Shown here: positions 20,137 through 31,245 of the stretch, piece after piece
Numbering within the stretch: position 1 is the stretch's first letter
How the letters are laid out: each line of letters starts with the position of its first letter
DNA from: an uncultured Pseudomonadota bacterium
GTDB lineage: Bacteria; Pseudomonadota; Alphaproteobacteria; UBA9219
Direction of reading: 5' to 3'
Assembly (NCBI GenBank): GCA_903869345.1
Contig: CAIPYM010000053.1
Location: forward strand, 98-64,097
Length of the DNA stretch: 64,000 nucleotides
Translations under genes and position numbers: made by a program
The notes under the pieces: model-generated
The model's input: the letters and a program-made list of their open reading frames with translations, nothing else
What the model was told of the DNA's origin: nothing
Databases searched by the model: none

Positions 20137-21141
20137 ATGACATCCTTGTCGTTTGACGTGTGCGCCATTGGCAACGCGATTGTGGACGTGATCGCCGAGG
20201 GCGATGAAGCGTTTTTGCGCCGCCACAGCATCTCAAAAGGCGTCATGACGCTGATTGATGAAGTCCGCGCGCGGGCCCTTTATGACCAAATGGGCACGGC
20301 GGTGGAATCGTCCGGGGGATCGGCAGCCAACACAGCGGCCGGAATCGCCTCGTTCGGCGGAAAGCCAGCGTTTATCGGCAAAGTGCGCAACGACCAACTG
20401 GGCCATATCTTTACGCACGACATGAAGGCCACGGGGGTGCATTTTGCGACCCCGCCGCTCATCCACGGCCCCGCGACGGCGCGAAGCCTGATCATTGTCA
20501 CGCCCGACGCACAACGCAGCATGAGCACGTACCTCGGGGCCACGGTGGAACTGACGCCGGGCGACGTGGACGGCGAAGTGATCGGCGCGGCGCAAGTCAC
20601 CTACCTTGAGGGCTATTTGTTCGACCGTCCCGCCGCGCAAGCCGCGTTTGCGCTGGCCAGCCACAAAGCCCACGAAGCTGGACGACTCGTCGCCCTCTCG
20701 CTCTCCGACCCCTTTTGCGTGGAGCGGCACCAAAAGGCCTTCCGCGAGCTCGTTCAACACGATGTGGACATTCTGTTTGCCAACGAGCGTGAACTGAAGG
20801 CCCTCTACGACCTCCCCACGTTTGAAGAGGCTTTTGATGCGGCCCGCCGTGACTGCGCAACCGTCATCGGTACGCGCAGCGCCAAAGGGGCCGTTCTGGC
20901 ACAAGGCGACCACACGATCCTGGTCCCGGCCCAAGCCGTTCAGGTTGTTGACACAACAGGCGCGGGTGATGCCTTTGCCGCCGGAGTCCTCTTTGGCCTT
21001 ACGCACGGCCACAGTCTGGAAGTCGCGGGTCGCCTCGGGGCCTTGGCCGCCGCCGAGGTTATTAGCCACTACGGTCCCCGCCCGCAAAAATCCCTGAAAA
21101 CCCTCGCCCTTGATCTCGGCCTCCCCGTAGAGGAATCGTAG
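20137..21141 (+). CDS. PfkB-family adenosine kinase
   Basis: GNAIVD, GGSAANT, DTTGAGDAFAAG. Confidence 0.9.
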   Translation: MTSLSFDVCAIGNAIVDVIAEGDEAFLRRHSISKGVMTLIDEVRARALYDQMGTAVESSGGSAANTAAGIASFGGKPAFIGKVRNDQLGHIFTHDMKATGVHFATPPLIHGPATARSLIIVTPDAQRSMSTYLGATVELTPGDVDGEVIGAAQVTYLEGYLFDRPAAQAAFALASHKAHEAGRLVALSLSDPFCVERHQKAFRELVQHDVDILFANERELKALYDLPTFEEAFDAARRDCATVIGTRSAKGAVLAQGDHTILVPAQAVQVVDTTGAGDAFAAGVLFGLTHGHSLEVAGRLGALAAAEVISHYGPRPQKSLKTLALDLGLPVEES

Positions 21142-21170
21142 AGGGTGAAGAGAGTGCGACACGGCACACC

Positions 21171-22436
21171 ATGGCCTCTTCCCCTTCCCTCACCCTCATC
21201 CCCCCACGTCGTCCTCTCACGGGGGCGGTGGACGTGCCGGGGTCGAAGTCGCTGACCAACCGGGCGCTTTTGGTTGCGGCCCTCGCGCAGGGCGCATGCG
21301 TCCTGTCCGGGTTTCTTGCAAGCGACGATACGCGCTACATGGCTGAAGCGTTGCGTCGGATGGGCGTCTCCGTCACCCCCGGCGACACCCCGCACACCGT
21401 GCGCGTCGAATCCTCGGGCACCTTGCACCCGCCGGGGGAAACCCTGTTTCTGGGCAACGCCGGGACCGCCACGCGTTTCCTGACCGCTGCCGCCGCCCTC
21501 GTGCTCGGACCTGTCACCCTGGACGGCGACGCGCACATGCAGAAGCGTCCCCTGAGGCCGTTGCTGGACGCCCTGCGGCTTCTCGGCGTTGAAAGCGATT
21601 CCCCCACCGGATGCCCGCCCGTCACTGTGCACGGGACCGGCGGCACGTTCCCGACGCCGCGCATCACGGTGGACGCCCGCCTTTCCAGCCAATACGTTTC
21701 GGCGCTTTTGATGATGGCGGGGGCCAGCCGGACAGGGCTGGACATTGCGCTGGAAGGCGGAGCCGCTATCGGCGGACGTGGGTACATTGATCTGACGCTC
21801 GCCGTCATGCGCCACTTTGGGGCCGAGGTCACAGAAAGTGAATCCGGCGCGTGGCGCGTGGCCCCGCGCGGGTATACGGCGCGGGATTACGCAGTCGAGC
21901 CCGACGCTTCCTCCTGCACGTACGTTTGGGGCTTGGAGGCGCTGACGGAAAGCACGTTGCCCGTGCCGCTCGACCCCTTAGCCAGCCTTCAGCCGGACGC
22001 CCGGTCGCGGGCGCTCTTCCGGCTTTTCCCGCATATGCCCGCCATCGTGGACGGCGCCCAGATGCAGGATTCCGTCCCCGCCCTGGCCGTGGTCGCCGCG
22101 TTCAACGCCAACCCCGTTCGGTTTGTTGGCATTGCTAATTTGCGCGTCAAGGAATGCGACCGCATCCGTGCGCTGGCCGAGGGGCTGAACCAAATCAAAC
22201 CGGGCCTGGCCACAGAAGAGGGCGACGACCTGGTGGTGCGGGGCGATCCCACGCTCACCAAGGCGGCTCCGGGGGCCGTGATCGACACGCACGACGACCA
22301 CCGCATCGCCATGAGCTTTGCCCTCGCCGGTCTCCGCGCCGAAGGGGTCACGATCCAAAACCCCGCTTGCGTCGCTAAAACCTTCCCGACGTTTTGGGAT
22401 GAACTCACGAAGCTGGGTGTTATCCTTAAGGCATAA
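21171..22436 (+). CDS. aroA: EPSP synthase
   Basis: PGSKSLTNRA, GNAGTATRF, SSQYVS, RVKECDR, DHRIAM. Confidence 0.96.
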   Translation: MASSPSLTLIPPRRPLTGAVDVPGSKSLTNRALLVAALAQGACVLSGFLASDDTRYMAEALRRMGVSVTPGDTPHTVRVESSGTLHPPGETLFLGNAGTATRFLTAAAALVLGPVTLDGDAHMQKRPLRPLLDALRLLGVESDSPTGCPPVTVHGTGGTFPTPRITVDARLSSQYVSALLMMAGASRTGLDIALEGGAAIGGRGYIDLTLAVMRHFGAEVTESESGAWRVAPRGYTARDYAVEPDASSCTYVWGLEALTESTLPVPLDPLASLQPDARSRALFRLFPHMPAIVDGAQMQDSVPALAVVAAFNANPVRFVGIANLRVKECDRIRALAEGLNQIKPGLATEEGDDLVVRGDPTLTKAAPGAVIDTHDDHRIAMSFALAGLRAEGVTIQNPACVAKTFPTFWDELTKLGVILKA

Positions 22437-22439
22437 AGC

Positions 22440-22465
22440 ACTACCGCCTATAAGTCGGTAGTTTG
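22440..22465 (+). terminator. Putative aroA terminator hairpin
   Basis: ACTACCG-N9-CGGTAGT then a short T run, immediately after the stop codon. Confidence 0.5.
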
Positions 22466-22715
22466 AAAATACGCTTGGAAAGCAGATGATACGCCTGAAG
22501 GCCTCCATCTCCCATTCCCGTTCGGAAACATTCTAAAATCTTATGCCCATAAAAACGACCCTCCATTTTGGGGCACACGAATTGCGGGGGCACGGTGGGA
22601 TTCCCTCTCTCCCAAGGGGCGAGGGAGCCGCGCTGCGCTTCGCCTGATTCCGTGCTCATGCGACACGAGCCGAGCTCTCATCCACCCGTTCGCCCTGGTT
22701 TCCCGGCCCTCTCCC

Positions 22716-24521
22716 CTACTTCTCCCGATCCGTTTTGAGGACCGCGACGAAGGCGGACTGGGGGATTTCGACATCGCCGAACTGACGCATGCGCTTTTTG
22801 CCCTCTTTCTGTTTGTCCAAAAGTTTGCGCTTGCGGCTGATGTCGCCGCCGTAGCACTTGGCCGTCACGTCTTTGCGGAGTGCCGGGATGGTCTCACGCG
22901 CAATGATCCGGCCCCCCAGCGCGGCTTGAATCGGAATCTTGAAGAGGTGCCGGGGGATCAGTTCCTTCAGCCGTTCACACAGCGCCCGCCCTCGCCGGTC
23001 GGCCTGCTCCCGGTGAACGATGCACGCGAGCGCGTCCACGGGCTCGTCGTTCACGAGGATGTTGAGGGGCACCAGATCGCCCTCGCGGTAATCCGCAAAC
23101 ACGTAATCAAAACTCGCGTAGCCACGGCTGACCGACTTCAGGCGATCGTAAAAATCGAACACCACTTCGTTGAGCGGCAGGTAGTAAATCACGAGCGCCC
23201 GTTGCCCGACGTACGTCAGCTCAATCTGCACGCCGCGCCGTTCACTGCACAAAGCCAGAATATCGCCGAGGTACGTGTCGGGGGTGAGGATCGTCGCCTT
23301 GATCCAGGGCTCCTCGATGGTGGTAATCGTCGAGGGGTTGGGCATGTCGGCGGGGTTGTGGAGCGTGAGGATCGAGCCGTCCACGCGATGCACACGGTAG
23401 ATAACCGAAGGGGCCGTCGTCACAAGGTCGAGGTTGAATTCACGCTCCAGGCGTTCTTGCACAATTTCAAGATGCAGTAGCCCCAGGAACCCGCACCGGA
23501 ATCCGAACCCCAGCGCAGCCGAGGTCTCGGCCTCAAACTGGAAACTCGCGTCGTTCAGCGCCAACTTGCCCAGCGAATCCCGCAAGCGTTCAAACGCGCC
23601 CGCATCGGTCGGGAACAAGCTGCAGAACACGACAGGCACGGAGGGCTTGAATCCCGCGAGCGGCGCGGACGCGGGCCGACGCTCTTCCGTCACCGTGTCG
23701 CCCACGCGCGTTGCGCTGATGTGCTTGATCCCCGCCGTCAGAAACCCGATCTCGCCGGGGCCGAGTTCATCCACCTCAACCTTTTTCGGCGTGAAGACGC
23801 CGACGCGGTCCGCCTCGTGCGTGGAGGCCGTGCCCATAAAACGCACCTTCATGCCCTTGCGCAGAACCCCGTCCACGACGCGCACGAGCACCACAACACC
23901 GAGGTACGCATCGTACCAGCTGTCCACGAGCAGCGCCTTCAGGGGAGCGTCGGCCTGGCCCTGCGGCGCGGGCAGGCGCGTGACGATGGCCTCCAGCACG
24001 TCCTCGATCCCAATCCCCGTCTTGGCCGAGATCAACACGGCGTCCGAGGCGTCCAGCCCCACGACGTCCTCAATCTGCTGGCGAATGCGGTCGGGCTCGG
24101 AGGCCGGGAGGTCAATCTTGTTCAAAAGGGGCACCAGCGTATGCCCCGCATCAATCGCCTGGTAAGCGTTGGCGAGCGTTTGCGCCTCAACACCTTGCGT
24201 GGAATCCACGACGAGCAGCGAGCCCTCGCACGCGGCCAAGCTGCGGCTGACTTCGTACGCAAAGTCCACATGCCCCGGCGTATCCATCAGATTCAGAACG
24301 TACGTTTTCCCGTCTTTCGCGAGGTACCGCAGGCGCACGGTCTGGGCCTTGATCGTGATGCCGCGCTCGCGCTCGATGTCCATGCTGTCGAGCACCTGGG
24401 AGCGCATCTCCCGCGCCTCCAGCGCACCGCAGCGCTCGATCAGCCGATCCGCGAGCGTGGACTTACCGTGGTCAATGTGTGCGACAATCGCAAAATTGCG
24501 GAGGCTTTCGAGGGATTCCAT
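22716..24521 (-). CDS. lepA: Elongation factor 4
   Basis: [35 protein letters not shown]. Confidence 0.98.
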   Translation of the reverse strand: MESLESLRNFAIVAHIDHGKSTLADRLIERCGALEAREMRSQVLDSMDIERERGITIKAQTVRLRYLAKDGKTYVLNLMDTPGHVDFAYEVSRSLAACEGSLLVVDSTQGVEAQTLANAYQAIDAGHTLVPLLNKIDLPASEPDRIRQQIEDVVGLDASDAVLISAKTGIGIEDVLEAIVTRLPAPQGQADAPLKALLVDSWYDAYLGVVVLVRVVDGVLRKGMKVRFMGTASTHEADRVGVFTPKKVEVDELGPGEIGFLTAGIKHISATRVGDTVTEERRPASAPLAGFKPSVPVVFCSLFPTDAGAFERLRDSLGKLALNDASFQFEAETSAALGFGFRCGFLGLLHLEIVQERLEREFNLDLVTTAPSVIYRVHRVDGSILTLHNPADMPNPSTITTIEEPWIKATILTPDTYLGDILALCSERRGVQIELTYVGQRALVIYYLPLNEVVFDFYDRLKSVSRGYASFDYVFADYREGDLVPLNILVNDEPVDALACIVHREQADRRGRALCERLKELIPRHLFKIPIQAALGGRIIARETIPALRKDVTAKCYGGDISRKRKLLDKQKEGKKRMRQFGDVEIPQSAFVAVLKTDREK

Positions 24522-24728
24522 CGCGTCCTGTCTTTCGGGGGCCTGTCCGCCGCTGGGTCTAGCAGGAAACCGCCCCGCGCGGAACAGAGGGCAAAGCGTG
24601 GACCAGGGCTGTTCCGTGCCAACCGCACGTCAAGCACGACCGTCCGGTTAACTTTTGAACACATTCAACGGGTTAGCGAGTTGTCGTGATGGGTTTTGTT
24701 TTTGCTCACGCTGGAAGGTGGAGCTTGG

Positions 24729-25715
24729 TCACGGCGTGACGGGAGCCGTGCGTCGGCCGAAGACGCCGCGCCCTTCCCAGACCTGCCACGCGATAAGCCC
24801 TGGAACGTACAGCACCACATCTCGGCAACGACGGATGACGGCCAGGGCACCTGCGATTTCGGGTGTCAGCCCCAGGGCCGCGCCGAAGACAAGAAATCCC
24901 GCTTCTTGAACGCCCAAGGCTCCGGGCACAAAGAATGCGGCTTGGCTTGTCGCCTGAATGAGGGCCTCGATCATCACGGCCTCGGTCAGCGTCACCGGGT
25001 GGCCGAGGAAAAACAACGCGAGCGCGATTTCCCCGCTGCCCGCCGCCCATGATGCGAATTGGAACACACTGCAGATCAGCACGCGCTTGCGCCTTCGGTA
25101 AAGAATCCGCACGCCTCGATCCCAGCGACCAAAGGCCCCCGCAAGCCGAACCGCTTGGTCATGAAACAAAAGCCCCAGAATTCGACGCGCGAGACCGAAG
25201 AACCCGATCCGCTGAACGATGACGAACGCCGCCAAAAGAGGAATAACGACCAAGAGTCCGATGGTCAGCGCGAGGGTGGAATCGTGGGACCCCATCCGGA
25301 GGGTAAAGAGCGCCACCCCCAAGAGGCTGAATAAAAAGACCGCGATGACGGACAGCGTAATCTCCACCATCGTGCTGGCGACCGCGACCGAGGGCGCGAC
25401 GCCTCCGCGCGTGAGGATTCGCACGGACACGATCTCGCCCCCGATCCGCGCGACGGGCATCAGGTTGTTGATGGCGGCGCGAATCCACAGGACATAAAGG
25501 AAAAACACATACCCCGGCCCGCGCCGTCCCAAAAGCGCCCGCCACCCGATCACGCACAGCGTCATGGGAACCAGGTGCGCGAGGCACGTCACCAGAATCC
25601 CCCCCAGCCCCGCCTTTTCAAGCGCGGCCAGCACAGCGCCCGCGCCGCTCCACGCAATCACGCCCGTCGCACCGACAAGACCCGCGAGTCCCACGAAAAA
25701 CGCTAACCGCTTCAT
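24729..25715 (-). CDS. Flippase-like membrane protein (LPG synthase TM/HpnL family)
   Basis: Multiple TM helices, PVARIGGE, VPGALGVQE. Confidence 0.8.
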   Translation of the reverse strand: MKRLAFFVGLAGLVGATGVIAWSGAGAVLAALEKAGLGGILVTCLAHLVPMTLCVIGWRALLGRRGPGYVFFLYVLWIRAAINNLMPVARIGGEIVSVRILTRGGVAPSVAVASTMVEITLSVIAVFLFSLLGVALFTLRMGSHDSTLALTIGLLVVIPLLAAFVIVQRIGFFGLARRILGLLFHDQAVRLAGAFGRWDRGVRILYRRRKRVLICSVFQFASWAAGSGEIALALFFLGHPVTLTEAVMIEALIQATSQAAFFVPGALGVQEAGFLVFGAALGLTPEIAGALAVIRRCRDVVLYVPGLIAWQVWEGRGVFGRRTAPVTP

Positions 25716-25743
25716 GCTGGGGTTCCTCGACAGGCCACTTCCC

Positions 25744-26619
25744 TCAACATCCCCGAGTGTACCGGATTCCGGGGCGCAAGACGTAGCGGTTGGGATCAAA
25801 CGTCGCAAACAGCGATTCCAACTCGCCCGAGACAATCATGCGCTGGAGGTTGTTGTTCAAAAGACTTTTCAGCATTTCCTCGCCGGGTTTCAAAGCGAAC
25901 GCGATGGCGAACACGTGCAACGGCTCTTCCGAGGGCAGCGGTTTCAAAAGGCCGGGGTGACTTTCTTCAAACGCGGCGAACACCGTCGGAATCAAAAACG
26001 CGACATCGGCCTTGTGGTTCACGACGTTCAGCAAGAGGTCCGGAATCAAGGTCCCTTGCGGTAAGTCCAAAAACGCCGCGCGAGGAAACCGCCGGTGCGC
26101 GATGGCCGTGGCCCCTTCGCCTTCAAGCCCCACAATGCGGTAAGCGGGATCGTCCAACGCCGCGAGGTCAGCGCCAAAGCGTTTGTCATTCGCGCGCACA
26201 TACCCATGAACGGGCACGTAGGCATACGGCATCGTGTAATCCAGCCGCCCCGCGCGGGGCATCATGAACAGGCTCGCGCACACGGCATCGCACCGCGCGT
26301 GTTCCAGGTCATCCACCAACGTCGCAAAATTCACGTCCACCCATTCAAGGCGCAGGTTGACACTGGAGGTCAGCGATTCAGCCAGCGCGACCGTCAGGCC
26401 TTTGCGGGTGTTCGTCGCGGCATCAAAAAACGTGAACGGCGGTTCGATGAACGAGCCCGCGCGCAACACGCCGCGCTTCATGACGCGTTGGTAGGCCACG
26501 GTTCCGGAAGAAGGGACGGGCTCCGTTCCCGGAGGTTTCAACGCCAGGGACGTGGCCGCTGCCACAGGGGCGGCAACAAGTGCGCTCGACAGCACTTTTA
26601 AGAAACCGCGTTTGTCCAT
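25744..26619 (-). CDS. Family 3 periplasmic substrate-binding protein
   Basis: Tat-like KRGFLK signal, GVLRAG...PPF, DYTMPY; GGAGGA upstream. Confidence 0.8.
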   Translation of the reverse strand: MDKRGFLKVLSSALVAAPVAAATSLALKPPGTEPVPSSGTVAYQRVMKRGVLRAGSFIEPPFTFFDAATNTRKGLTVALAESLTSSVNLRLEWVDVNFATLVDDLEHARCDAVCASLFMMPRAGRLDYTMPYAYVPVHGYVRANDKRFGADLAALDDPAYRIVGLEGEGATAIAHRRFPRAAFLDLPQGTLIPDLLLNVVNHKADVAFLIPTVFAAFEESHPGLLKPLPSEEPLHVFAIAFALKPGEEMLKSLLNNNLQRMIVSGELESLFATFDPNRYVLRPGIRYTRGC

Positions 26620-26787
26620 CACGTCCTCCCCTTTGAGAATCTATCCCGTGCCCGACCTTGCGTCCGCAGCAACCGGAGCCTAGGGCCACGTCCGGGACTT
26701 GCCAAGACGTATCCCCGCCAGGATGTTTCCGGCTTGCCTTCGCGGGACTCCGAGGGACAAGGCCAGGGTCCCAACCTTCACTTTCCG

Positions 26788-26889
26788 CGTCATTGCGAGC
26801 GAAGCGAGGCAATCCAGGGGACTGGACTCGTGGCCCTGGATTGCTTCGTTGGCCCCAGGCCTTCGGCCCGTTGCCGCCTCGCAATGACG
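26788..26889. repeat. REP/RPE-like family B element
   Basis: CGTCATTGCGAGCGAAGCGAGGCAATCCAGGG ... CCCTGGATTGCTTCG...CTCGCAATGACG. Confidence 0.85.
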
Positions 26890-27022
26890 TCCAGAAGCCC
26901 CGCGTGGTAGGAAAACACTCGTAGAACAGCCCCGTCCTCCCCACCCCCAAGATTCACTTAGGCACGGCCAAGCGCTTGCGGTAGAATTCCCTCCTTCGCC
27001 GCTCTCCTTGAGGTCCGTGTTC

Positions 27023-28492
27023 ATGACCATTCCGTTTCCCTCGATCAGCCGGTCCTTTAGTCCCCTGGCCGTTGGGACGGTGCATTTTGTCGGAATCGGC
27101 GGAATCGGCATGAGCGGCATTGCCGAGATTCTTCATGCTCTCGGGTACACGGTGCAGGGCAGTGACCTCCACGAAAACGCGAACGTCAAACGCCTTCGCG
27201 CCAAGGGCATTTCCGTTGTCTGCGGGCACGATGCGGCGAATCTGGGTGCAGCGCACGTTGTTGTGGCCTCCTCCGCCGTCAAACCCAACAACCCCGAGAT
27301 TGTTGCGGCTCGTGCAGCCCGGCTGCCGGTCCTCCCCCGCGCCGAGATGCTGGGCGAGCTCATGCGCTTTCGTTGGTCCGTCGCGGTCGCGGGGACGCAC
27401 GGCAAGACGACGACCACCTCGCTCGTCGCGGCCTTGTTTGATGCGGCCAAGCTTGATCCGACGGTGATCAACGGCGGGATTATCAACGCGTACGGCACCA
27501 ACGCTCGTTTAGGTGCGGGCGATTGGATGGTTGTGGAAACCGATGAATCGGATGGCAGTTTCACGCGCCTGCCCGCGACGATTGGCATCGTCACGAACAT
27601 GGACCCCGAGCACCTGGACCACTACGGTACGTTTGAGTCCGTGCGCGAGGCGTACCGCGCGTTTGTGACCAACCTTCCCTTTTACGGCTTTGCGGTCCTC
27701 TGCGCCGACCACCCCGAGGTGCAGGAACTCATTGCTCGCGTGTCGGACCGCGCGGTGGTCACGTACGGGTTTTCCCCGCAAGCCGACGTGCGGGCCGTGA
27801 ACCTCGTCCCCTCGCCGGAGGGCACGCGGTTCGATGTGCGCTTGGCGGAATCGCTGGGCGGCTCTGTGCGCGAGATTCACGATCTGTTTCTCCCCATGAT
27901 GGGGCAGCACAATGTGCAAAATGCGCTGGCGGTTGTGGCCGTCGGCTGGAAACTGGGGTTTGGCGAGTCCATTCTCCGGGCGGCGTTCGGCCATTTTCAA
28001 GGCGTGAAGCGGCGGTTCACCTGCACGGGCGTTGTCGGAGGAGTCACGATCATCGACGACTACGGGCATCATCCTGTGGAAATTGCGACAACGCTCCGCG
28101 CGGCGCAGCAGGCCAAGGGCGAGCACGGGCGCGTGTTGGCCGTCGTGCAACCGCACCGCTACAGCCGCGTGCGCGATTTGTTCACTGAATTCTGCACTTG
28201 CTTCAACGACGCCGACAGCGTGATCCTGGCCGATATTTACCCGGCGGGGGAGGAACCCTTGCCCGGCATCACACGGACCGCCCTGGCCGAAGGGCTCCGC
28301 GCCCATGGGCACAAGGATGTCGTTGAAATCGCGGGGCCCGAGGACCTGGCCCCCCTTCTTGCCGAGCGGACCCAACCGGGTGATTATGTCATCTGCCTCG
28401 GGGCGGGGTCGGTCAGCCAGTGGGCGCAGGCCCTGCCGGGCGAGCTTCAGGGGCTTGTCGCTCCCGGTGCCCTCCGCGCATCGGGCGCATGA
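27023..28492 (+). CDS. murC: UDP-N-acetylmuramate--L-alanine ligase
   Basis: [36 protein letters not shown]. Confidence 0.98.
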   Translation: MTIPFPSISRSFSPLAVGTVHFVGIGGIGMSGIAEILHALGYTVQGSDLHENANVKRLRAKGISVVCGHDAANLGAAHVVVASSAVKPNNPEIVAARAARLPVLPRAEMLGELMRFRWSVAVAGTHGKTTTTSLVAALFDAAKLDPTVINGGIINAYGTNARLGAGDWMVVETDESDGSFTRLPATIGIVTNMDPEHLDHYGTFESVREAYRAFVTNLPFYGFAVLCADHPEVQELIARVSDRAVVTYGFSPQADVRAVNLVPSPEGTRFDVRLAESLGGSVREIHDLFLPMMGQHNVQNALAVVAVGWKLGFGESILRAAFGHFQGVKRRFTCTGVVGGVTIIDDYGHHPVEIATTLRAAQQAKGEHGRVLAVVQPHRYSRVRDLFTEFCTCFNDADSVILADIYPAGEEPLPGITRTALAEGLRAHGHKDVVEIAGPEDLAPLLAERTQPGDYVICLGAGSVSQWAQALPGELQGLVAPGALRASGA

Positions 28493-28531
28493 CGGGCTTG
28501 CGCGGAAACGCCTCCGAATGAAAGGTTGGGA

Positions 28532-29530
28532 ATGTTGGCCGCCCTCCGTTCCGATCAGCAGTTGCACGGCCTCCGAGCCGATGACTTCCTGCCCGAGGGG
28601 CTTTTGGAACGTCTTCCGCCTGCGCGGGGATCGCTGGTTCCCAACGCGCCGCTCGCGGGACACACCTGGTTCCGTGCAGGTGGACCTGCGGAAGTTTTGT
28701 TCAAACCGGCGGACGTGGACGACCTTGCGTGGTTTCTTGCGCATTGCCCGCAGGACATTCCCGTCACGGTCCTCGGCGTGGGCTCCAACATCCTGATCCG
28801 CGATGGCGGGATCAAGGGTGTGGTCGTGCGGCTGGGGCCTGGGTTTGCCAAAATCAAAGTGGAAGGGGCCGTCATCACGGCGGACGCCGGGGCGCTGGAC
28901 CTGAACGTGGCGCGCGCGGCTCAAGCGGTGGACCTGACGGGGTTCGAGTTCCTGTGTGGCATTCCCGGCACTGTCGGCGGAGGCCTTCATATGAACGCCG
29001 GGGCCTACGGGCGTTGTTTCGCGGACATTGTGGAAAGCGTCATCGCGCTGGATCGGTCCGGAGCGCGGCACACGCTGAAAGCCGCCGACGTGGGATTCGG
29101 GTATCGCCGCAGTGGTCTGCCCGACGATTGGACGTTCCTCAGCGCCGTTTTTCTGGAAGGTGAGCCCGGCAAGCCGGAAGCCATTCGCGCCCGGATGCGG
29201 GAGATTCAGGAATCCCGCGCCCGCAGTCAGCCCTTGCGCGAACGGACAGGCGGCTCGACGTTTGCCAACCCCGAGAACGATCCCCAAGGACGCAAGGCTT
29301 GGCAGCTAATCGAAGCTGCGGGGTGCCGGGGGCTCAAGATCGGTCAGGCCAAGGTTTCGGAAAAACACGCCAACTTTTTGATCAACACGGGCTACGCGAC
29401 CGCCGCCGAGATCGAACACCTGGGCGAAGAGGTCCGCCGTCGCGTCAAAGCCAAAACGGGGATTGACCTGCGCTGGGAAATCAAGCGCTTTGGCGTGGAG
29501 AAGCCGCCTCGGGAGAAGGAAAAAGGGTAA
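28532..29530 (+). CDS. murB: UDP-N-acetylenolpyruvoylglucosamine reductase
   Basis: GSNILIRDGG, GIPGTVGG, MNAGAYG, GSTFANP, SEKHANF. Confidence 0.97.
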   Translation: MLAALRSDQQLHGLRADDFLPEGLLERLPPARGSLVPNAPLAGHTWFRAGGPAEVLFKPADVDDLAWFLAHCPQDIPVTVLGVGSNILIRDGGIKGVVVRLGPGFAKIKVEGAVITADAGALDLNVARAAQAVDLTGFEFLCGIPGTVGGGLHMNAGAYGRCFADIVESVIALDRSGARHTLKAADVGFGYRRSGLPDDWTFLSAVFLEGEPGKPEAIRARMREIQESRARSQPLRERTGGSTFANPENDPQGRKAWQLIEAAGCRGLKIGQAKVSEKHANFLINTGYATAAEIEHLGEEVRRRVKAKTGIDLRWEIKRFGVEKPPREKEKG

Positions 29531-29662
29531 AATTTTCCTCGGACGATTGGTAAGTTCCTGTTTTCAGAGGGCCTTTTGCCCGTCACACCGTGAAAGCAAG
29601 GGTCAACGGAGGCTTTTCGAGCGACGTGGACAATTTGGGGCGATTTTTGCCAAAAATTCCTC

Positions 29663-29745
29663 TTGACTCGAGGGGGCAGAAGGCGTATTGAAAAACCCAT
29701 GGCGAACTGTACCCGCGATTCCTCAGGAAGGGCGCGGGTTTTTTT
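29663..29745 (+). ncRNA. Candidate small RNA: sigma70-like promoter, ~48-nt transcript and intrinsic terminator
   Basis: TTGACT-17 nt-TATTGA, then ACCCGCG...CGCGGGT and a T run, between convergent murB and glmM. Confidence 0.4.
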
Positions 29746-29759
29746 GTGCCTCCGCTCTC

Positions 29760-31106
29760 TCACCCGGCCCTTTGCAACGTCTGCGCCAGGCTTTCCACGA
29801 CGTGGCGCACGAGGGGCTCGTCCTCGCCCTCGGCCATGACGCGCACCAAGGGCTCGGTCCCGGACTTGCGGATCAGCAAGCGCCCCGTGCCCTTCAGTTG
29901 GTCCTCGGCGGCCTGAACAGCGGCGCGAACGTTGGGGAGATCCAGCACGCTGGCAGGGGCTCGGACACTTTGCAAAACCTGGGGCAGAGGCTCAAAAAGG
30001 TGGCACACCTCGCTGGCGGGGCGGCCCTGGTTGCGCAGCACGGCAAGAATCTGCAGGGCGGCGATCAAGGCGTCGCCTGTGGGACTGTAATCGCTGAGGA
30101 CAATATGCCCCGACTGTTCGCCCCCGACGTTGCCCCCCTCGGCGTGCATGGCCTCCACCACGTACCGATCCCCCACGGCGGCGCGTGTCAGGCCGATACC
30201 TTGGGCGTTTAGGTACCGCTCGAGGCCCAAATTGGACATGACGGTGGCGACCACGCGCCCCCCCTTGAGACGGCCCGATTCGGCCCATGCGCGGGCAATC
30301 AGGGCGAGCAGTTGATCCCCGTTGATGACGCGGCCTTTTTCGTCGGCCAGGATGAGGCGATCCGCGTCGCCATCGAGCGCGAGGCCAAGGTCGGCCTTGT
30401 GCGCGATCACAGCGTCTTGCATCGATTGGGGGTGCGTAGCCCCACAGTTCAGGTTGATGTTGAGCCCGTCGGGGGCCACGGCCAGGGGAACGACCTCCGC
30501 GCCGAGTTCCCAGAGAATCAAGGGGGCGGCCTTGTACGCCGCGCCGTTCGCGCAATCCACAACAATCTTGAGGCCGTCCAGACGGAGGCCCGTGGGGAAC
30601 GTGCCTTTGACGTATTCCACGTACCGGCCCAACGCATCGTCCAAACGGCTTGCGCGACCGAGGTCTTTGGAATCGACAGGTGGCTCGGTCCGCGGGGTGG
30701 CGGGGTCCATCAGGTGCTCAATCTGCGTTTCCTTGTCGTCGGACAGCTTGGAGCCGTCGGGCGCGAACAGTTTGATGCCGTTGTCCTGGTAAGGGTTGTG
30801 CGAGGCCGAGATCATCACGCCCAAATCTGCCCGCAGGCTGCGCGTCAGAATCGCAACCGCCGGGGTGGGCAAGGGCCCGAGAAGGGTCACGTCCATGCCT
30901 TCCGCGATAAATCCCGCCGTGAGCGCGGGCTCAAGCAGGTACCCCGAAAGGCGCGTGTCCTTGCCGATCACGACGCGGTGACGGTGATGGCCTCGCCGGA
31001 AAAGCCGCGCTGCTGCCATGGCGACGGACAACGCCGTGGCTGCCGTCATGGGCTCTTGGTTAGCCTGTCCGCGAATCCCGTCGGTGCCGAAGAGTCTGCG
31101 AGTCAT
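29760..31106 (-). CDS. glmM: Phosphoglucosamine mutase
   Basis: [27 protein letters not shown]. Confidence 0.98.
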   Translation of the reverse strand: MTRRLFGTDGIRGQANQEPMTAATALSVAMAAARLFRRGHHRHRVVIGKDTRLSGYLLEPALTAGFIAEGMDVTLLGPLPTPAVAILTRSLRADLGVMISASHNPYQDNGIKLFAPDGSKLSDDKETQIEHLMDPATPRTEPPVDSKDLGRASRLDDALGRYVEYVKGTFPTGLRLDGLKIVVDCANGAAYKAAPLILWELGAEVVPLAVAPDGLNINLNCGATHPQSMQDAVIAHKADLGLALDGDADRLILADEKGRVINGDQLLALIARAWAESGRLKGGRVVATVMSNLGLERYLNAQGIGLTRAAVGDRYVVEAMHAEGGNVGGEQSGHIVLSDYSPTGDALIAALQILAVLRNQGRPASEVCHLFEPLPQVLQSVRAPASVLDLPNVRAAVQAAEDQLKGTGRLLIRKSGTEPLVRVMAEGEDEPLVRHVVESLAQTLQRAG

Positions 31107-31245
31107 GGAACGCCTTGATCACGAGGGTAAGGGGCTGCTTCAGGGGTGGACGTCGTGTCGCCAAACCGCTAGGGCAGACGGGGGCTTGTTTCGGAGGGCA
31201 GAAGACACCCAAGGCCCAAAAGTCTCGGTCCTTTCGGCAGTGGGG

